From: Raillietiella orientalis
Lineage: Eukaryota
Reading direction: 5' to 3'
Length of the DNA: 64,000 nucleotides
Assembly (NCBI GenBank): GCA_036172245.1
Contig: JAYWIR010000001.1
Coordinates: 3,782,001 to 3,846,000 of the forward strand
Shown: positions 1 through 13,559 of the stretch, piece after piece
Numbering within the stretch: position 1 is the stretch's first letter
Layout of the letters: every line of letters begins with the position of its first letter
Made by a program: the position numbers and the translations under genes
The notes under the pieces: model-generated
The model's database searches: none
Seen by the model: only the letters and a program-made list of their open reading frames with translations
What the model was told of the DNA's origin: nothing

Positions 1-329
1 AGATGTCTATCGGCGGTGAGGTGGATCGAAACTCAGCAGTTCCGGAAACAAGGAAAGTGAAGCTCACGTGCGAATGAGCTTCCTTCTCCTGGAATCACCT
101 TTCTTCCCAGCAGTTGGACCGGTTGGAGAATTGACGAGCAAGCAGCAATGTGTTGTAAGTAGAGCAGCATGCATGTCGGCTTTCGGTGCTCTTTTGCCCT
201 GTGTCTCTTGCGGGCCACGCGTTGTCACTGCTCAGGGTTGCGTTCCGCAGCTTTGAGCTTTGGTCCTTCGGTTCTTCCTGTTGACAATGTCATCTTTTTC
301 ACGGCACTGTGAAAAACAAATGTTGCTTT

Positions 330-720
330 AAGAGCCCCTGTAAAAAATTTGCTCAGGCCAATTTGCTAGGCATTCTTCAAACTGGAAGTTCATCATACAT
401 CCAGATCAGTACGTGCGACTGTACACCTCCATAGCCACCTTTTGATCACGCTTGACCACCGCAAACCCATTAATTTTGGAACCACCTTACTTTAAGGTGA
501 TGATTTGCTTCTGTGCACATCCCCATACCAACTGACTCCGACCAAGTGCAACGTCACTTTAACCTCCACACGTTGCACGAACTCTGGCTCAGATTACCTA
601 TGAATGGAGCATCTCTAGGATTTCCAGAACACCTTTCCCTACACTTCCCCTCACACAAAAAGCAAGCAAGCTAGAGGAGTCTTACTCAGACGACACCAAC
701 AAGGGAAGAGGTCCTCAGTA
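330..720 (-). mobile_element. Decayed C-terminal part (CCHC knuckle plus restriction-like endonuclease) of an R2-type non-LTR retrotransposon
   Basis: Minus-strand translation CRERCSGNPRDAPFIGNLSQ followed by frameshifted RLE-like sequence; many stops; boundaries approximate. Confidence 0.4.
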
Positions 721-759
721 TCCCCATCTTCCGCACTCAAGGTTCTTTCGCCAGCATAA

Positions 760-1310
760 GTCCATGGGCATTCCCAGCCGGTCTTTTTGGCACTAACATC
801 AAGAGATCAGGGGATGCCTTTGCGAAGACTCGTGAGCAAATTGTGTTAAGAAAAGTCCGATTCGAATGCCACGGAATGCATTCTTGCAGGCTTCTTCGAT
901 TCCGCCAAACTCTGGCCATTCCCAAAGACGTCAGAATTTACATGCGTTTGCGAAGACTCGTGAGCAAATTGTGTTAAGAAAAGTCCGATTCGAAAGTGAA
1001 GGGCGACTTCCTCCTTCCTCAAGAGGAAGAGAGGGTTGCTTTTCTAATGCCACGGAATGCATTCTAGCAGACTTCTTCGATTCCTCCAAACTCTGGCCAT
1101 TCCCAAAGCCGTCAGAATTTACATGCTGCATCCGCGCTCGCATCCCGGAAACCTCCGACAGGAGTAAATCATTCTCTCGCACGCTGGCTCAGACAGCTGG
1201 CACGGTGGAGCGGATGTGCTTGCAGCCCGGCTTATTAGTCTCCGTCCCATTTGGCAAGGAATTTTCGCTCTTTCTGTTGAAAGCAAAACCTGCAGTTGAC
1301 CCGCATTCGA
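760..1310 (-). mobile_element. Decayed 3' part (CCHC region) of a Tx1/L1-type retrotransposon
   Basis: PACERMIYSCRRFPGCE and MARVWRNRR resemble AACERMESLPHLFPSCE of the paralog at ~3.7 kb. Confidence 0.45.
819..1126 (+). repeat. Tandem duplication: unit 819-945 and unit 947-1126, the second with about 53 extra bp
   Basis: tttgcgaagactcgtgagcaaattgtgttaagaaaagtccgattcgaa and tgccacggaatgcattc...gtcagaatttacatgc each occur twice. Confidence 0.92.
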
Positions 1311-1399
1311 CATTTAAAAAGAAGAAGAAAAAAAAAATGACAGTAATTAGATAGGATACGCAGATCAGGTTCCGGGAAGTCTGTGTAGCTGCGAAGAGA

Positions 1400-2900
1400 T
1401 CGAACTGAGTGCAAACCTGGCGGATAATTGAAATTGGGAAAAACTGGAGATGCTCACCTATTTCGGATTCGATTCTCAAAGGTCCTCAGAGCCATTTTAT
1501 GCTGAATTCGAGTGCAAAAAAGGCGATGCTTCATCCAGCTGCTTCCGATAAAAGAAAGTCCATCTTTCTTCAGCCACTACTTTGCATTTGCTGTCAAGTC
1601 AGTCTTCACTGCCACGGGAGGAAACGACAGATACAAAACATGATGACCCAGTCATCATCAAGCAACTCGAAGACTATAGTACTCACTCCATGAAACAAGG
1701 AAACCACCCTTTTTAGTGTCAAGACTTCTATGAAAAACGAACGATTAACACAGAATACTTGAACATGCACCTCTAGGAGACGCAAAACTGAGCACGAATA
1801 CGTAGATCCATAGGGCGATTCTGAATTTAAAAGGGGGAAAGAGTGATAAAAAAGCATGCTACCATGTGGAACTTCCAATGTTTAGGGTAAAGAAGTAGGC
1901 TACAAACTGAAAAAGACATTCAAAGTAGTGCACAAGGAACTGACGGTGACCGCAAAACTCGCAAAACTTCCGCCGAAGTCTAAGACTTCCTCAGAAATAC
2001 CTCAGAGGTACAGGACAACAACGAAAGTCGTGGGATTTTAGCTTCCCGTTTCCATTAAAGCTACGTGCCGAAAAGGTAATGTCAGGTCTCCGCTCTTCTC
2101 CTCCTCCCAGATTAAGCCGCGCTTTCTTTCTCTGCAATTCCCTCTGATAAGCCGAATTACCCGTAGATCCATCCGTTGCCCCTCTCCGGTCTTTCCATCC
2201 TCTTGTTGCGCTGCCCTCCGCTATACCAACGCTCTTCACTACGTCAATCACGACAGAGGTAGCTGCAGAAAGGCTAACCTAACGCCATAGGAAGAAGAGA
2301 AAGGCAGCGTCGGACTGCTTCTTGCACGCGGCTTGCAAACAGTCGAGGAGAATGCCCGTCCGGGCGCACCAGGGCGGCGATCTTCGTGCCTTTCTGCGTG
2401 CGCACCTTCCGAAATGTCTGTCACCGGAAGCAGCAGAGGTTACCCTACACCTTCTTCCGGAGGACGGCGACCTTGCAGAACTGACAAGAGTATCGCCTTA
2501 CGTCAATGCGCGTGCTGGTGCGCACCTCGATGGGCCCAACAAGTCCGCCGCCGCCGCAACACCAACCAGCGAGCAGAGACTTCTTCTTCAGCAATTTATC
2601 GCGACTTCGTTGTCGACAAGGTCGCCGTCGACGGCCTCCGTGTCGGTGTGGAAGAAGAGGTTCGACGAACGGGCCGACCGCATCCAGGCGATCGAAGTCG
2701 ACTCGCTTCCGGTGGATCGCTCGACGCGTGCCGCACACCGCTTCGTTGTTGAGGGCAAACGTGCGAAAATGAACCATGGTCATTCCTTCTCGCTGATGCG
2801 CTGCCTGCTGCGCAAGAGCAGAAGGGAGTTCGGGCCCGCTCTCCTCTTGCAATCCGAGGCTAACGGTCGCTCTTCAGAGACGTCGCTCCTCTTCCACACA
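1400..2900 (-). mobile_element. Decayed N-terminal part of an R2-type element, paralog of 23000-26140
   Basis: 2078-2900 mirrors 23000-23821 (YSCQFCK zinc-finger remnant). Outside the identical arm, diverged homology continues (GNGKLKSHDFR vs GNGKLNYHDFR). Confidence 0.5.
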
Positions 2901-5900
2901 GGTGACGATCGCAGAAACGGGTGAGGCAAGACGGAAACCACGCTGCCACAAGGTGGAGGAACAGCGCCCACCGCGGTTTGCTACAGAAGCAAGCCTCTAA
3001 GCGCCGCATATGCGACACCGGTGATTTTCGTTCATCAAGAAGTCTTCAGCAGCTCAGACAACTTTCCGTGCCTCTTCCAGTCTTCGAAGGGCCTCGAAGC
3101 ACCACCGGAAAAAACAACAGCAGCGCCAAAGAAGGTCAACTTTCGTTCTTGCACGACGGCAACGTGGAAACACAAGCGAGAAGACAACTCTCTCAAGAGA
3201 AAACCTCTGCCTCGGAGAGGAAGGCCAAGCGTTCGAACCCGGAGGGGAGAAACTGTTGTTCAGAGCCCTCAACTCCACAGAGAACACCCGTGATGCCAAA
3301 CACCTGCTGCGAATCGGCCCTGCCGACACTCCCTTGACGAAGAGCTGCACTCCCTACGGAAAGGCAGCGGCCGGCAGGATAGACGAGAGGATTCCTGCGT
3401 CGCGGAAAAAGTTGAAAACCTCCCAAGCGGTTCATCCGAGCTGCAAGCTTCGCACACAGCGACGCCCCGCGTCCGCTCTCGCAACACGAACCGATGGAGA
3501 GACAATCCGGACATTTCCCTGCATGAACCAGCGGTCTCCAGGATCCTCTTCGACGGTCTCGTGCCGTCCGCTCATCTGGCAGCACGCGGCGATACTCCTC
3601 CTCGATACTCCAGGGGTTTTCCGTGAGACAAACGCCGCCACCCACCACTGGACGACAGGGAACGCGCGTCGCCGAAGTCGGCCGCCTGCGAAAGAATGGA
3701 GTCTCTCCCGCATCTCTTCCCGAGTTGCGAGTTTCTTCTCAGCTGGTGGAAGCGAGTGAAGGCGGCCTTCTTGCTCGCGGGTGACTCCTGCCGGAAGCTT
3801 CTAATGTAACGACCTTCAACAGTTACCTGTCAACTGGTCATCCTGCGCTGCATCCGCTCAGAGGAGGCGGCACCGAAGCACGGCTGGGAGCTTCAACCTC
3901 CACATGGCGACGAGGGAGTCAAGACCGCCTCACCCTCATCTAGAAGTAGAGGTAGAGGCGGATCGCACCGCTGCTGGCAGATGCAGAGCGAGAGGAAGCG
4001 CCGGGGTCAACCGGTGACTTTCTCCTTCCCACCGCGCCCCCTCTCACCCGACCCCGGTGTCAGAAGCCAAGCATATCAACCGGTGGTACCCAACCTTTAT
4101 CCTGTCTTCTTCGTTGGTCCACTCGTTCTCTCTTCCTCCTGATTCGCCCTTCAATTTGCCTGTCTTTGCTGCTGCTCACCAGGATGCCACCGGCGTCCCT
4201 TGCATTTCATGCGCTCCCCACGTACATCCCCATTTGACACACGTGTCGCCCTGCACGACCGAATCGCAAACAGCACCGAAGCTGCGCAGGTGAGTAAAAT
4301 CCCACCTCCCCTCCTTGCAGTTTCTCCATGCTTCCTTGAGTCCCCTGAATGAACCTCGGATTCGAAGAGATTCGGCTTCTGCGCCTCAACCGAAGAACAA
4401 GGAACGCCTGTCGCTGCCTTCCTCGAGAGATTCTGCGCCACTTCCGCAGGAGCTTTTACTGGCGACCTGCTAGTAGGAAGACGAGCTCACGGTGTTTCGC
4501 AGAGAAGAGAAGACGGTGCGGAGAAGCAGGACTGCCTCCAAAAGACGGGAAAGGCAGGAAGGCTGCGGAGACCACTCGTTCCGGCGAGGGCGACGTCGCG
4601 AAAGCCAGCAGCCCCCACGCTGCAGCTGAGCGCGGCCTTCCGCGTCGACCGTCGCCAAGGCGATTCTCGGAGCGGGACGGGGAGAAGAAGAAGAAGAAGG
4701 TCTCTCCGCACGCAGCATCGCGCCGAGATGAGTGCAAGGTGCGGTCACCTGGTCGGATGGAGACCACGCGAGCTGCGAGCGGTGTGGAGCGACGTCGCCC
4801 TCGTCGTGGCGATCGGGTGGCGGCACACGTGCGGCCGAGAAGAGACGCGCGACTTGTGCAGCCTCTCGCGGACGTGGGGAGCCCACAAATGTGAAAGGAG
4901 AGGGGACAGGTCTTGAGCCCCCCGACGGGGACGTTCGAGAAACTGAACTGTCTTCCGTGGTGGCGGGCATGAGCGCGGAAGGGTCTTGCCACGAACGGGA
5001 GGCTTTCCGCGACGGGAGAAGGCTGGCACGCGTTGGCCGGTCTGCGTGCCAACGCGTGCGGGTGGGCTGCCGCTCGCGGGCGTGTGCAGTGTCCGCATGC
5101 AGCGCCCCACAAGCGCGGACTGAGCACAAACGGTGGACTCCTTCCGGATGATCGACTTGTACGACTTCGTGCCCAGGCAGTCGCAAGCGCCCCTGGCGCT
5201 GCTTTCTCGAAACCGCGCGTCCACCATCCCTTCCTCGGTCGCGTCCGCTTCGTGCCCCTGCAGGAACGCAGTCACCGGCTGCCTTGGACTCCTGACGGGA
5301 GGCACCCAAGAGTTTGCGCTGCTTCTCCCGGTGCGACCGCCCCGCTCGGGTGCGTCCGATCCGAAGGAGCGCCTGTCTGGCGGCATCGTAGACAGCATTC
5401 CACGAGAGGTCCACCCGATTCGCACCCCTTGGACTCCTGCGCCTTGCAGGATCGGCTTACCTGAAAACGGCCCGAAAGTCGCATGCCGCCAATCGGCAGA
5501 CGGCGCGCGCGCTCCAGTTTGCCTCCGATGCGGTTGGACTTCTTTGACCCGGTCTCCGTCGGCAGTCGTGCCGCCGTGTCATCGGGACAGGCGGGAACCA
5601 ACTTCCCCTTCGTTTCAAGCTGCCTTCCGCGTCGAGGCATGCTCGGGTGCACGGCATTTCCGTGGACGTGTCTTGCCGGTCCGCATCCAGCCGCGGTACC
5701 GAAGAACGCGAGGAAGCGCAGCGTTTCCTACCCGGATTGTGTGCATCTCTGTGCAAGGATTCGGAGATCCTTCCCCTCTCCTTCTGGAAAAGAGTCGCAC
5801 GTGCATTTCCTTGGTCTGCTTCCGTGCAGCCCGGATGCGCTGTGTGGTGGCGTTCTTGCCGGGAGCGCTCATCCTTCAGGATTTCGCGCGTCTGTTCGCC

Positions 5901-7176
5901 TGTTTTTTCGTCTGATAATTCCAGTGCAAAGCGAAAACACCGGAAATTTTTCTTCCGGAATGGAAGCGGCCTTATCTCCGGGAAGAATGATCCTTGTTTG
6001 CTCTCCTTGGCAACCAAATTTTGAAGAATTACGAGCTGATGGAATGGTCCTCGCTTGCGTGTTGACATTCAGCGGGACGCTCCGCTCGCTGAATCCCGGT
6101 GTCGCCTTCGTTCCCGATCCCAACGCCGGTATCTCGCTCGCGTGTCTGGACCGGACGCTTGAGGAAGGCGTTAGCAACAAAGGACGCCGGAAAGATCTTC
6201 CGGAAGTCTTGCGAAGCCGTTCGGAAAGCGCCTGCGGGCGGCAGAAGGAGTGTCGCTCAAGCGAGCGCACGCCTCCCCACCTCGTAGCGGCTGCCGCGAG
6301 CCGGTCGCTCGGGTCGGATGCGGTCGTCAGGTGGCACCGCAGGGAAACACCGAACGCATGCTCGTCCTCCTCGGCTTCCAGGAAGGTGCGCGTCTTTTAT
6401 TCTTTGCGGGCCCTCGCGTTCCGTCTCGCATATCGGCGACATTTGTCCACGCTGGGACTCTGACAGAATTCGATCTTTTCCCCGTGCGAACGGATTGCCT
6501 ACGGGTAGCGCGTTTTCTGTAGGATCCACCCCTTCAGGAGGAATTCTTGCGGAAAGAATGGTTGCTGATGGTGACGACGCCCTTGTCCCCCCGGAAGCAC
6601 GAGAATTGCGATGAGGCGTCCGCTGCATGGCTCGGAGCGGTCGGTGGACGTCCCGTTCTTGGCGTCCTCCAGCTCGTATGCGAATCACCCACCCTCGCGC
6701 TGTGGTTCTTCGGGAAAAGTCCTCCTCCTTTTTCCACGGATCCTCACCTTTTCGACGTTCCCTGACCGAAGCCCCGAAGATCCACGTTCCAACCTATTGG
6801 GAAGACTGCATTCCGCAGTGTTCCCGCTCTCTCGACCATCCTTGGCAATCGGTGGGCCACGTGGAGCATCGATTTCGTGAACGGAGGCTAAACGGCAAAC
6901 GACTTGGAGCGCTGCTTTCCATGCATCCTGCAGAGTGACCCAGGAATGATCTTCCGCAACGCTAAAGCCGCGTTGCCGCAGCCGCATCGGTTTCCCGCTC
7001 TTCGAGCTGCTCGAGCGCTCGGGAAGACTGGACTCGCTGGGAGCGCGCAGCCGCCTCCTGAAACGGGCACGCAGCGGTGCTGTCGATTTCTGCGCGCTGC
7101 AAGCGACGAGGGGACGAGGAAGGAGAGGACTTCTGGAAGCTCTCGGCAAGCTCGCGTGGAAACTACGTGATCGATC
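2078..7176. repeat. Arm A of a ~5.1 kb near-identical inverted duplication (partner 18723-23821)
   Basis: ORFs lying within the arm recur with identical translation on the opposite strand at position 25899 minus x; both ends checked at nucleotide level. Confidence 0.97.
2950..4050 (+). mobile_element. Decayed 3' part of a Tx1/L1-type ORF2 (mirror copy at ~21850-22950, minus strand)
   Basis: AACERMESLPHLFPSCEFLLSWWKRV fits the L1/Tx1 C-terminal CxxC..E...HLF..C...W knuckle. Confidence 0.6.
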
Positions 7177-7640
7177 ACGTCGCGCATCTGACCTCGGGTA
7201 GTTTGTGCACTCCATCCTTGTAAACAAAATGTCCAGCGATTCATCTTGAGCTCAGTGTTCGGAATCGAGGACATCGGTCTGAAGAGTTGCAACCCGTGTT
7301 GATAAGAAGATTCGCAAAAATGGTGTCTCCTGAAGAGGGATATGGTTTGATCTTGGAGGTTGTGCTTGGAAGGCTAGTGTGGTTGCCTTGGCCACCAATG
7401 ACCTTACAGAACTTTCAAGGTGAAGGACAAGTGGGAGTTGTTTCTTCCATTTCTTCTGCTACCGCCAAGTTACCTCTGGGTGCTTCGAGGCTGCGGCTGA
7501 CGGTACAAGCGCTGCAAATGTCATGTGGACAAGGTGATGACCCCGTTGGATGGACTGCACGTGGTAAACACCCTTGCACGAAGGAGACACTGAGGAGAAT
7601 GCCTGATGTTCGGCAGCACTGGGAACGTGGTTTCTTTGCA
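4470..7640 (-). mobile_element. Decayed, near full-length R2-type non-LTR retrotransposon (mirror of 18600-21430)
   Basis: Ordered remnants across frames: zinc finger/Myb-like N-terminus, TRIILPGDKAASIPEEKFPVFSLCTGIIRR, KNATTQRIRAARKQTKEMHV (RT), CGHC...HAL knuckle. Confidence 0.6.
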
Positions 7641-8749
7641 TAGTGCTGTCCTAGATCTGAGGTTTTTCATCTATTCGCGCCCGGCGGACTGTTTTTAGAA
7701 AACATGAACGACACAGTACCTGGAGTGTCCGTTGTCTCGTCCAGTGTGTGGTACCTGTTACTCATGTGAGCACTTAGTGAGATCGCTGTAAGCGTGCAGG
7801 AGATTGCACATTATGAAAGATTAATGCGGGTGAACAGTTGGGAACAATACAATGGTAAAAGCGGAATTTCGTGGCTCATATGCGTCGTTGCTACCGTTAT
7901 CTGGTATCCATGGCAACCCGGAGGTTTTCCTATCGGCGTCCCTGGCAGTGAAAAGCGAGTTCGACTTTACTCGCTTTCCTAAGATTTCTGACTTGTTTTC
8001 ATATCTCGGATCCGGCTGCTGCAGCTGCTGGGGGGAGCCGAGACGCAGTTTCACTTTTCTGGGAAGCGGTGTCTGCGGGCTTGGAAGGGCACGGTGCGTC
8101 CCGTTCGCCTCAGAGCAGCAAAACATCCGGTCCCAGATCGGTACCTCGCTCACCGAAGCGGTGCGCAGCGGGTGAGGCCGAGGGACACTCTAACGGACTG
8201 CAGGGAGCACCGAGAAGCTGGTGCCAATGGCGACCACTTTGTCGTGGATAGCATCGGGCTGTGAATTCCGATGAAACTGTCCTGTGTTCAGTATCGAACG
8301 TCAATCAAAGAGCTAAGAAGGATCCCAGCTGCGATCTGCGAATGCGGAGGACACATGAGGGTGTTGCACGAACTGGATTGCATCCGGGTCAAGAATCAAA
8401 GGATTGAGGGCTCGGAAACGGCCTTATAAAGGAGCGCCCTCCTGGTTTCCTCTGCAGGGGAAATTCCAGAAGAGGATCTTTTCCGGGTTTTTTCCGGAGA
8501 AAAAATGGGGCAGTGACGGATGTTGCAACTCCGAGTGCCCTTCCGCGAGGACTACAGCGCTGGGGCGAGCTGTTCGGTATTCCATGCGAAGACCTGGAAT
8601 GACCCTCCAGTGCTCAAGAACAGCAGCTCCCTCTCCCTGGAGTGGTAGAGATCTGCACTTCCTCCGTTGAACTGGGGTCTTCCCTGCAACTCCCACCCAC
8701 AACACTGGGAAGGGCGATCCCGGATCTTCGCAGGTGTGGCAAAACGGGA

Positions 8750-9140
8750 ATCCCTCCCTCACCAGCTTGTGGACTGTGTCGCCCTTCGGCCTCTAAGGAG
8801 CGTTTCGGAACGACCTTACGGATCTCGGTTGGCACCCCCAGGGACGTTTCACGGCTCCTCTTCGTGCGGAATGTCCTGCAGCCAGTCGCAGCTCCAGCAG
8901 CCCTTTGCTGTCACCAGGGGATTGCGGCGGCCTGGAGCGAAGCCGACAGAGGAAGAAACGGGAGGGATGCCGTCCGGATCACAGTTCGCTTTCTGCGAAT
9001 GGCGGCCAGATGGCATCTCCAGGGACCCATTCGGATGGACCTAGCCGGCATACTGGAAAGGATGCAGAGGACTAAGTCCAGCAGACAATGGTCCCCTCCC
9101 GACCCCCCCAAAGATTTTTATCTATTTTTGTTTTCTACCA
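8750..9140 (+). repeat. Retroelement-like 3' end, diverged paralog of 39050-39500
   Basis: Shared agatggc...aaggatgcagaggac...ccccc followed by a T-rich tract. Confidence 0.45.
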
Positions 9141-9259
9141 TTTCCTTCTGCTGTCGAGATGGCCCTTGCTGGTCTACGCACCGGCAACCCGGCAAATCCA
9201 TGGACAAACTGAGTGTGGTAGGACCACCGCGTGTCCTACCACAATTTATGCGGTTATAT

Positions 9260-9546
9260 TAAATTTTAGTGAACATCCCGGAGTGTCCGGGTGGAAATTG
9301 GAGAAAAAATGAGGATTGATCCCCTTCGGGAGACCCCTCCTGGGAAAGTGAGGGAGATGTTCCCTTCGGAGACGATCAAGGCGAGGGCTCGCTTCGGGGC
9401 TCCCTCCCAAGCGTGAGAGGAACGTACTCTCCTCCGGAGACCTTCCTGGATTCATAGAGTAGTCCCTTCCCGCGGCACTCCCTATCATTGGAAGAGTTAA
9501 CACGCACTTCAGGGTGGCGTGTAACACCGTTAAAGAACTCCATGAG
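9260..9546 (+). repeat. Partial copy (3' part) of the tRNA-headed repeat family
   Basis: ttcccttcggagacga, ccttcctggattcatag and gggtggcgtg blocks shared with 49920-50186. Confidence 0.6.
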
Positions 9547-10870
9547 AAGAAAAAAAAAGGAAACCGAAAAAAGAAAAAAGCTGGAAGGAAAACAGCGAAA
9601 ACAGAAAAGGAACCCAAAAGGATTTCCATTATCCCTGGCCAATAATGACGATCTCCACGCGAGGTTGCAACTGGCCTTCAAAAATTAAAAAAATAAAAAA
9701 TAACAGAGCTCCAAATGACAGAAGAAAAATCCTTCATATGTCGTTGACGCAAGTAAGGAAGAAAGGACTTGATGAAAGTGAACAGGGAGCCGCAGCCGAA
9801 GAGAACGAGTTGTAAGTCGGGATCGATGGACTGACTACGGACCTATCGTTCATCCCTTTCCAAATTCATCTGCCAACAGCAAGTGCACTGAAAATCGATC
9901 ACACGGGGTGCACACAGATGATGGCAAATGTGTCTTCGTCTCCAGTCAGCCAATGGCTCTGCGTTTCTTGCTGGACTGGGCTCTCCCCGCAGCCCAGTTC
10001 GAGACACGGCACCTGAGCAACGGGAGGTTCCCTCTTTCGAAACGCTTCGTCCAGGAGTCACCGATGCGGAACACTCAGGAGGAGACAGGAGTCTTCCGAA
10101 ACGGAACCACCGAGAGCCCAACACCTCCGAGCGATATCCCCCGACCGGCCGTCCACACAAAGCATTCACGGCGCGCTTGACGTGAAAGGAGGGTCCATGG
10201 ACAGCCGTTTCTGGATCCGTACGTATCGCTTCTCCGTCCTGCGTCTCAGTACGCATGTGATCTCTCACGGAACGGGCCCGGGTGGGACTGAACCTTTAGG
10301 GAATCCGCTGCAGCGAGATGGCATCTTGTCTGGAGCGGTCTCATCCCACACAGGATTTAGAGAGGGAGAAAGAAAATCGCCTCTTTCCAATCCTTCCCTT
10401 CTTCTTTCAGCAGCGAATTGTCTTCAGGAACCTTGCACTGAACTTTTGTTCCTTCGGACTCGACCACCATAACCCATGCCCTGCAACGCTCCCCCTGGAC
10501 GGCAGAAAACGCCAGCATCCCCCAAACAGTAGCTCCCTGGCATGTCTTCCGGATACGATAGTTTGTACTCCAAAGGCGTATCCTCTTTAATGTCAGGATG
10601 GCGTTTCCAGTGGCATTAGTAGCTCTCCTTCACCTTTCTTTTTCCTTAATATTCATCAAAGAATAAAGTATCGGTGTCCCTATTCCTGGCATACGTTCGT
10701 CTTTACATTAAGGGCTCAGACAGGTCGAGGTCTTATGTCTCTGAAGTACATAATGTTACTGAAAACAGCAGCTCTCAGAGCAACGATAGCGTCCAATAGT
10801 CATTTTATAGAAAAGAGAAGCTCGGGATAGTGGACTCTACTTAATGGACAGGTGCTATAGGCTGCGTGTA

Positions 10871-11197
10871 GATTATCGAAGGAGCGCATGGTTCTGCAGG
10901 CTGAGCCACTCTACGGTCCCACCGTATGTCCGGTTCGGCGGCGTGACGTCAGTGAGTGCGATCAGCATGGCAGACAGCAATGCAGGGAGCTAAAAATACA
11001 CGAGGGACGTAAGGGCTGCCCACCCCAAGTCGGGCACGGCGGAGGAGCAGCGGGGATTTGGGGGGGAGGGGGCAGGGTCGGCTTTAATCTGGCACGCCCT
11101 ACGTGATGTGAAAAGGGTCGAAATAAGTTTCGTTCACAGCCACGATCGAGTGTTGTTTACGGCCCTGCTAAAAGGATGTGGAAAAGGGAAGGAGAGC
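10871..11197. repeat. Arm A of a ~0.3 kb inverted duplication (partner 12636-12908); this arm has about 57 extra bp
   Basis: gctaaaaatacacgagg...gaaaagggaaggag is the near-exact reverse complement of 12638-12843. Confidence 0.92.
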
Positions 11198-11949
11198 AGG
11201 ATTCCCTCTGCATTCTGCCGCCATGCTGATTTTACAAATTTACTCTTTTAATTTTCTCTTGTATTTTTATTCAGAGTTCATCCTTTTTTAATTCAACGAT
11301 TAAGTTTCCTTAAATTTTTTGGTATTTTATCCTTTAACTCATTTCCATGATACCCATGTTTGGATTATCATACAATATAAAACATCATCTGTCCGTTAGT
11401 GTGAAAATGTAAAAGTACGGTAATTTAGCCATTGGTACAGCTGTTTCACAGATGTTTTTTTACTTCTCTCCTGCAGATTAATCTTTTGAGGTAATTCGCC
11501 CCAGGAACTCATGGCTGCTCCCTTGTTTATCTAAGTACGAACTACGTAATCAAAAAGCATGAGTCACTGCCTCTATTTCTGCCTCTAGTAATTCTGTAGA
11601 AACAGATTCTCATCATAAGATTACATGGACAATACAACCATGGTTACGGAAAGACGTGGGGGACCTGTACCCCAGATCAGAAGGGCTAACCCGAAACATT
11701 GGGAGCTGGTGGGCCTCCAATGAGCCCTGGAGGTCCTGAGAGCAATAAGCATAATGCTTTAGAGAAGCAAAGGCAGTCATAGTGGGCGCTGCCTGCCCCT
11801 TTAATTACTCAGTAGCAGAACGAAAAGGACTACGATGGAAGAAAGAGCACAGTTGGGACCAGGAATGGACTCCTCACCTCACTTCCAAAGGGAACGTAAG
11901 AACCATCTTCGCAGGGGTCTCTCTGGAAACTCGGAACCCAGCGAACGGC

Positions 11950-12908
11950 AAAATGAAGAGGGAATGGAGGGATATCTAAGCACATCCGAAAGGGAGTTCT
12001 GTGCTCAAACATTCGACACTCTCGGGACACCTACTGGAAGATTCGAATGGGTCATCACCCCCCCGAACACCCTGGAAAACTACAAGCTTCGTCATGAGAA
12101 TAAGTTGAAGTTGTGAAAAAGCTATTGTCAGCATCTTCGCTCTGGGAGGATGCTGAGAGCGTTGCTCTCCTACACCTTTTTACACCTTTCATTTTAGCAG
12201 TAGTGCACGATCGTTCCAGAGGTCTTAATGAACTCCTACACGCTCAAGAGACATGCAGGGGTTCATTGAAGGTCGCTTCACTGGTGCAAAAATCAAGTGT
12301 GTAGACGACTTCGACACAGTTTACAGCGAAAGACCACGAGACTGAACGAACGTCCATCCATAAAATCCCGTTATCCCCGCGGGATTTTGAGATCCTTTTG
12401 AGATGGTAGTGCTCTTCACCTGTGTTTCTTGGCATACTCTTTTTGATGAGCTAAGAACACGAATTCTTGTTTGTCTTCGGAGTGGGAGGGGATGACCGCA
12501 AATTTGTTTGCAGTGCTGCAGTTCGGAGGAGAAAAGGTGGCGAGCCTTAAACGAAGGGTGCTTCGAAGGAGTTTCGCGCAAGGGGACCGCTCTTTGTTTG
12601 CTCCTCTTCGCGTTGGGAAGATGCTGAGAATGTTGCACTCCTTCCCTTTTCCACATCCTTTTAGCAGGGCCGTAAACAACACTCGGTCGTGGCTGTGAAC
12701 GAAACTTATTTCGACCCTTTTCACATCACGTAGGGCGTGCCAGATTAAAGCCGACCCTGCCCCCTTCCCCCCAAATCCCCGCTGCTCCTCCGCCGTGCCC
12801 GACTTGGGGTGGGCAGCCCTTACGCCCCTCGTGTATTTTTAGCGGACATACGGTGGGATGGTAGAGTAGCTCAGCCTGCAGAGCCAAGCGAATGCTTTCA
12901 AAATAAAT
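11950..12908 (-). mobile_element. Decayed R2-type reverse transcriptase fragment; includes inverted-repeat arm 12636-12908
   Basis: HDRVLFTALLK (pre-RT), FAVIPSHSEDKQEF / RIRVLSSSKRV, QGVRGGDDP (GVRQGDP-like). Confidence 0.5.
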
Positions 12909-13559
12909 TTAAAAGAACGAGAAATTACAAATAGAAGGAAATATCAACAAAGCCAAAATAAAATCAAGCAAGACGTGTGTTTAGCTATTAGATGATGTGT
13001 TTGGTTGCTGGGATTTGCCTCCGAGTTTATTTTCAGGCAGGAAAGTGCACGAGCTTCTTAAGCTGGAACATTTTGTTTATGACCGAAGGAGGAGGCTCCC
13101 GAAAGATCAAAGGGTTGAGACTGCACGAACGAGCCTAGCCGAAATGTACACGCTGAACCGAAACCTTGAGCCAGGAATCCCGACGCTCATTCTTAGCATC
13201 TGGCTTTCCATCGACCTTCATGAAAACAAATCCGAACTGCAGGAACCATAGCAACAGTTGATTTTGAATATGAAAAAGGAAAACACTCCGAATGGTGATT
13301 TTCGAAGAGCTCGGTTAGCTGATGCAGACTCCCGGCTTCTGGTTCCGAAGTTGCACAGGATTTTGGGACAAAATTCAGGCAAAGTTCAATTTCTCAAAAA
13401 AATAAAAAAAAGAAAAGAAAAGTTGAGTTTCATCTGTTGCCCAAATGATAAGAAACGCAGGCAATGGACTGCTTGCATTAAAAAAAAATCATTGATTACC
13501 TTGCAGATCTCATGTATAATCTCATAGAAATTAGGCGTCGACAACAAGAGCTCTGCAAA

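Noticed and set aside
4349-6463. Long overlapping ORFs (314, 326, 260, 226 aa) and their mirror copies
   Set aside because: GC-rich shadow frames of a decayed R2-type element; true motifs are scattered over several frames
10871-12908. DNA transposon with long terminal inverted repeats carrying captured sequence
   Set aside because: The arms are themselves pre-RT coding remnants, fade into diverged homology, and show no target-site duplication
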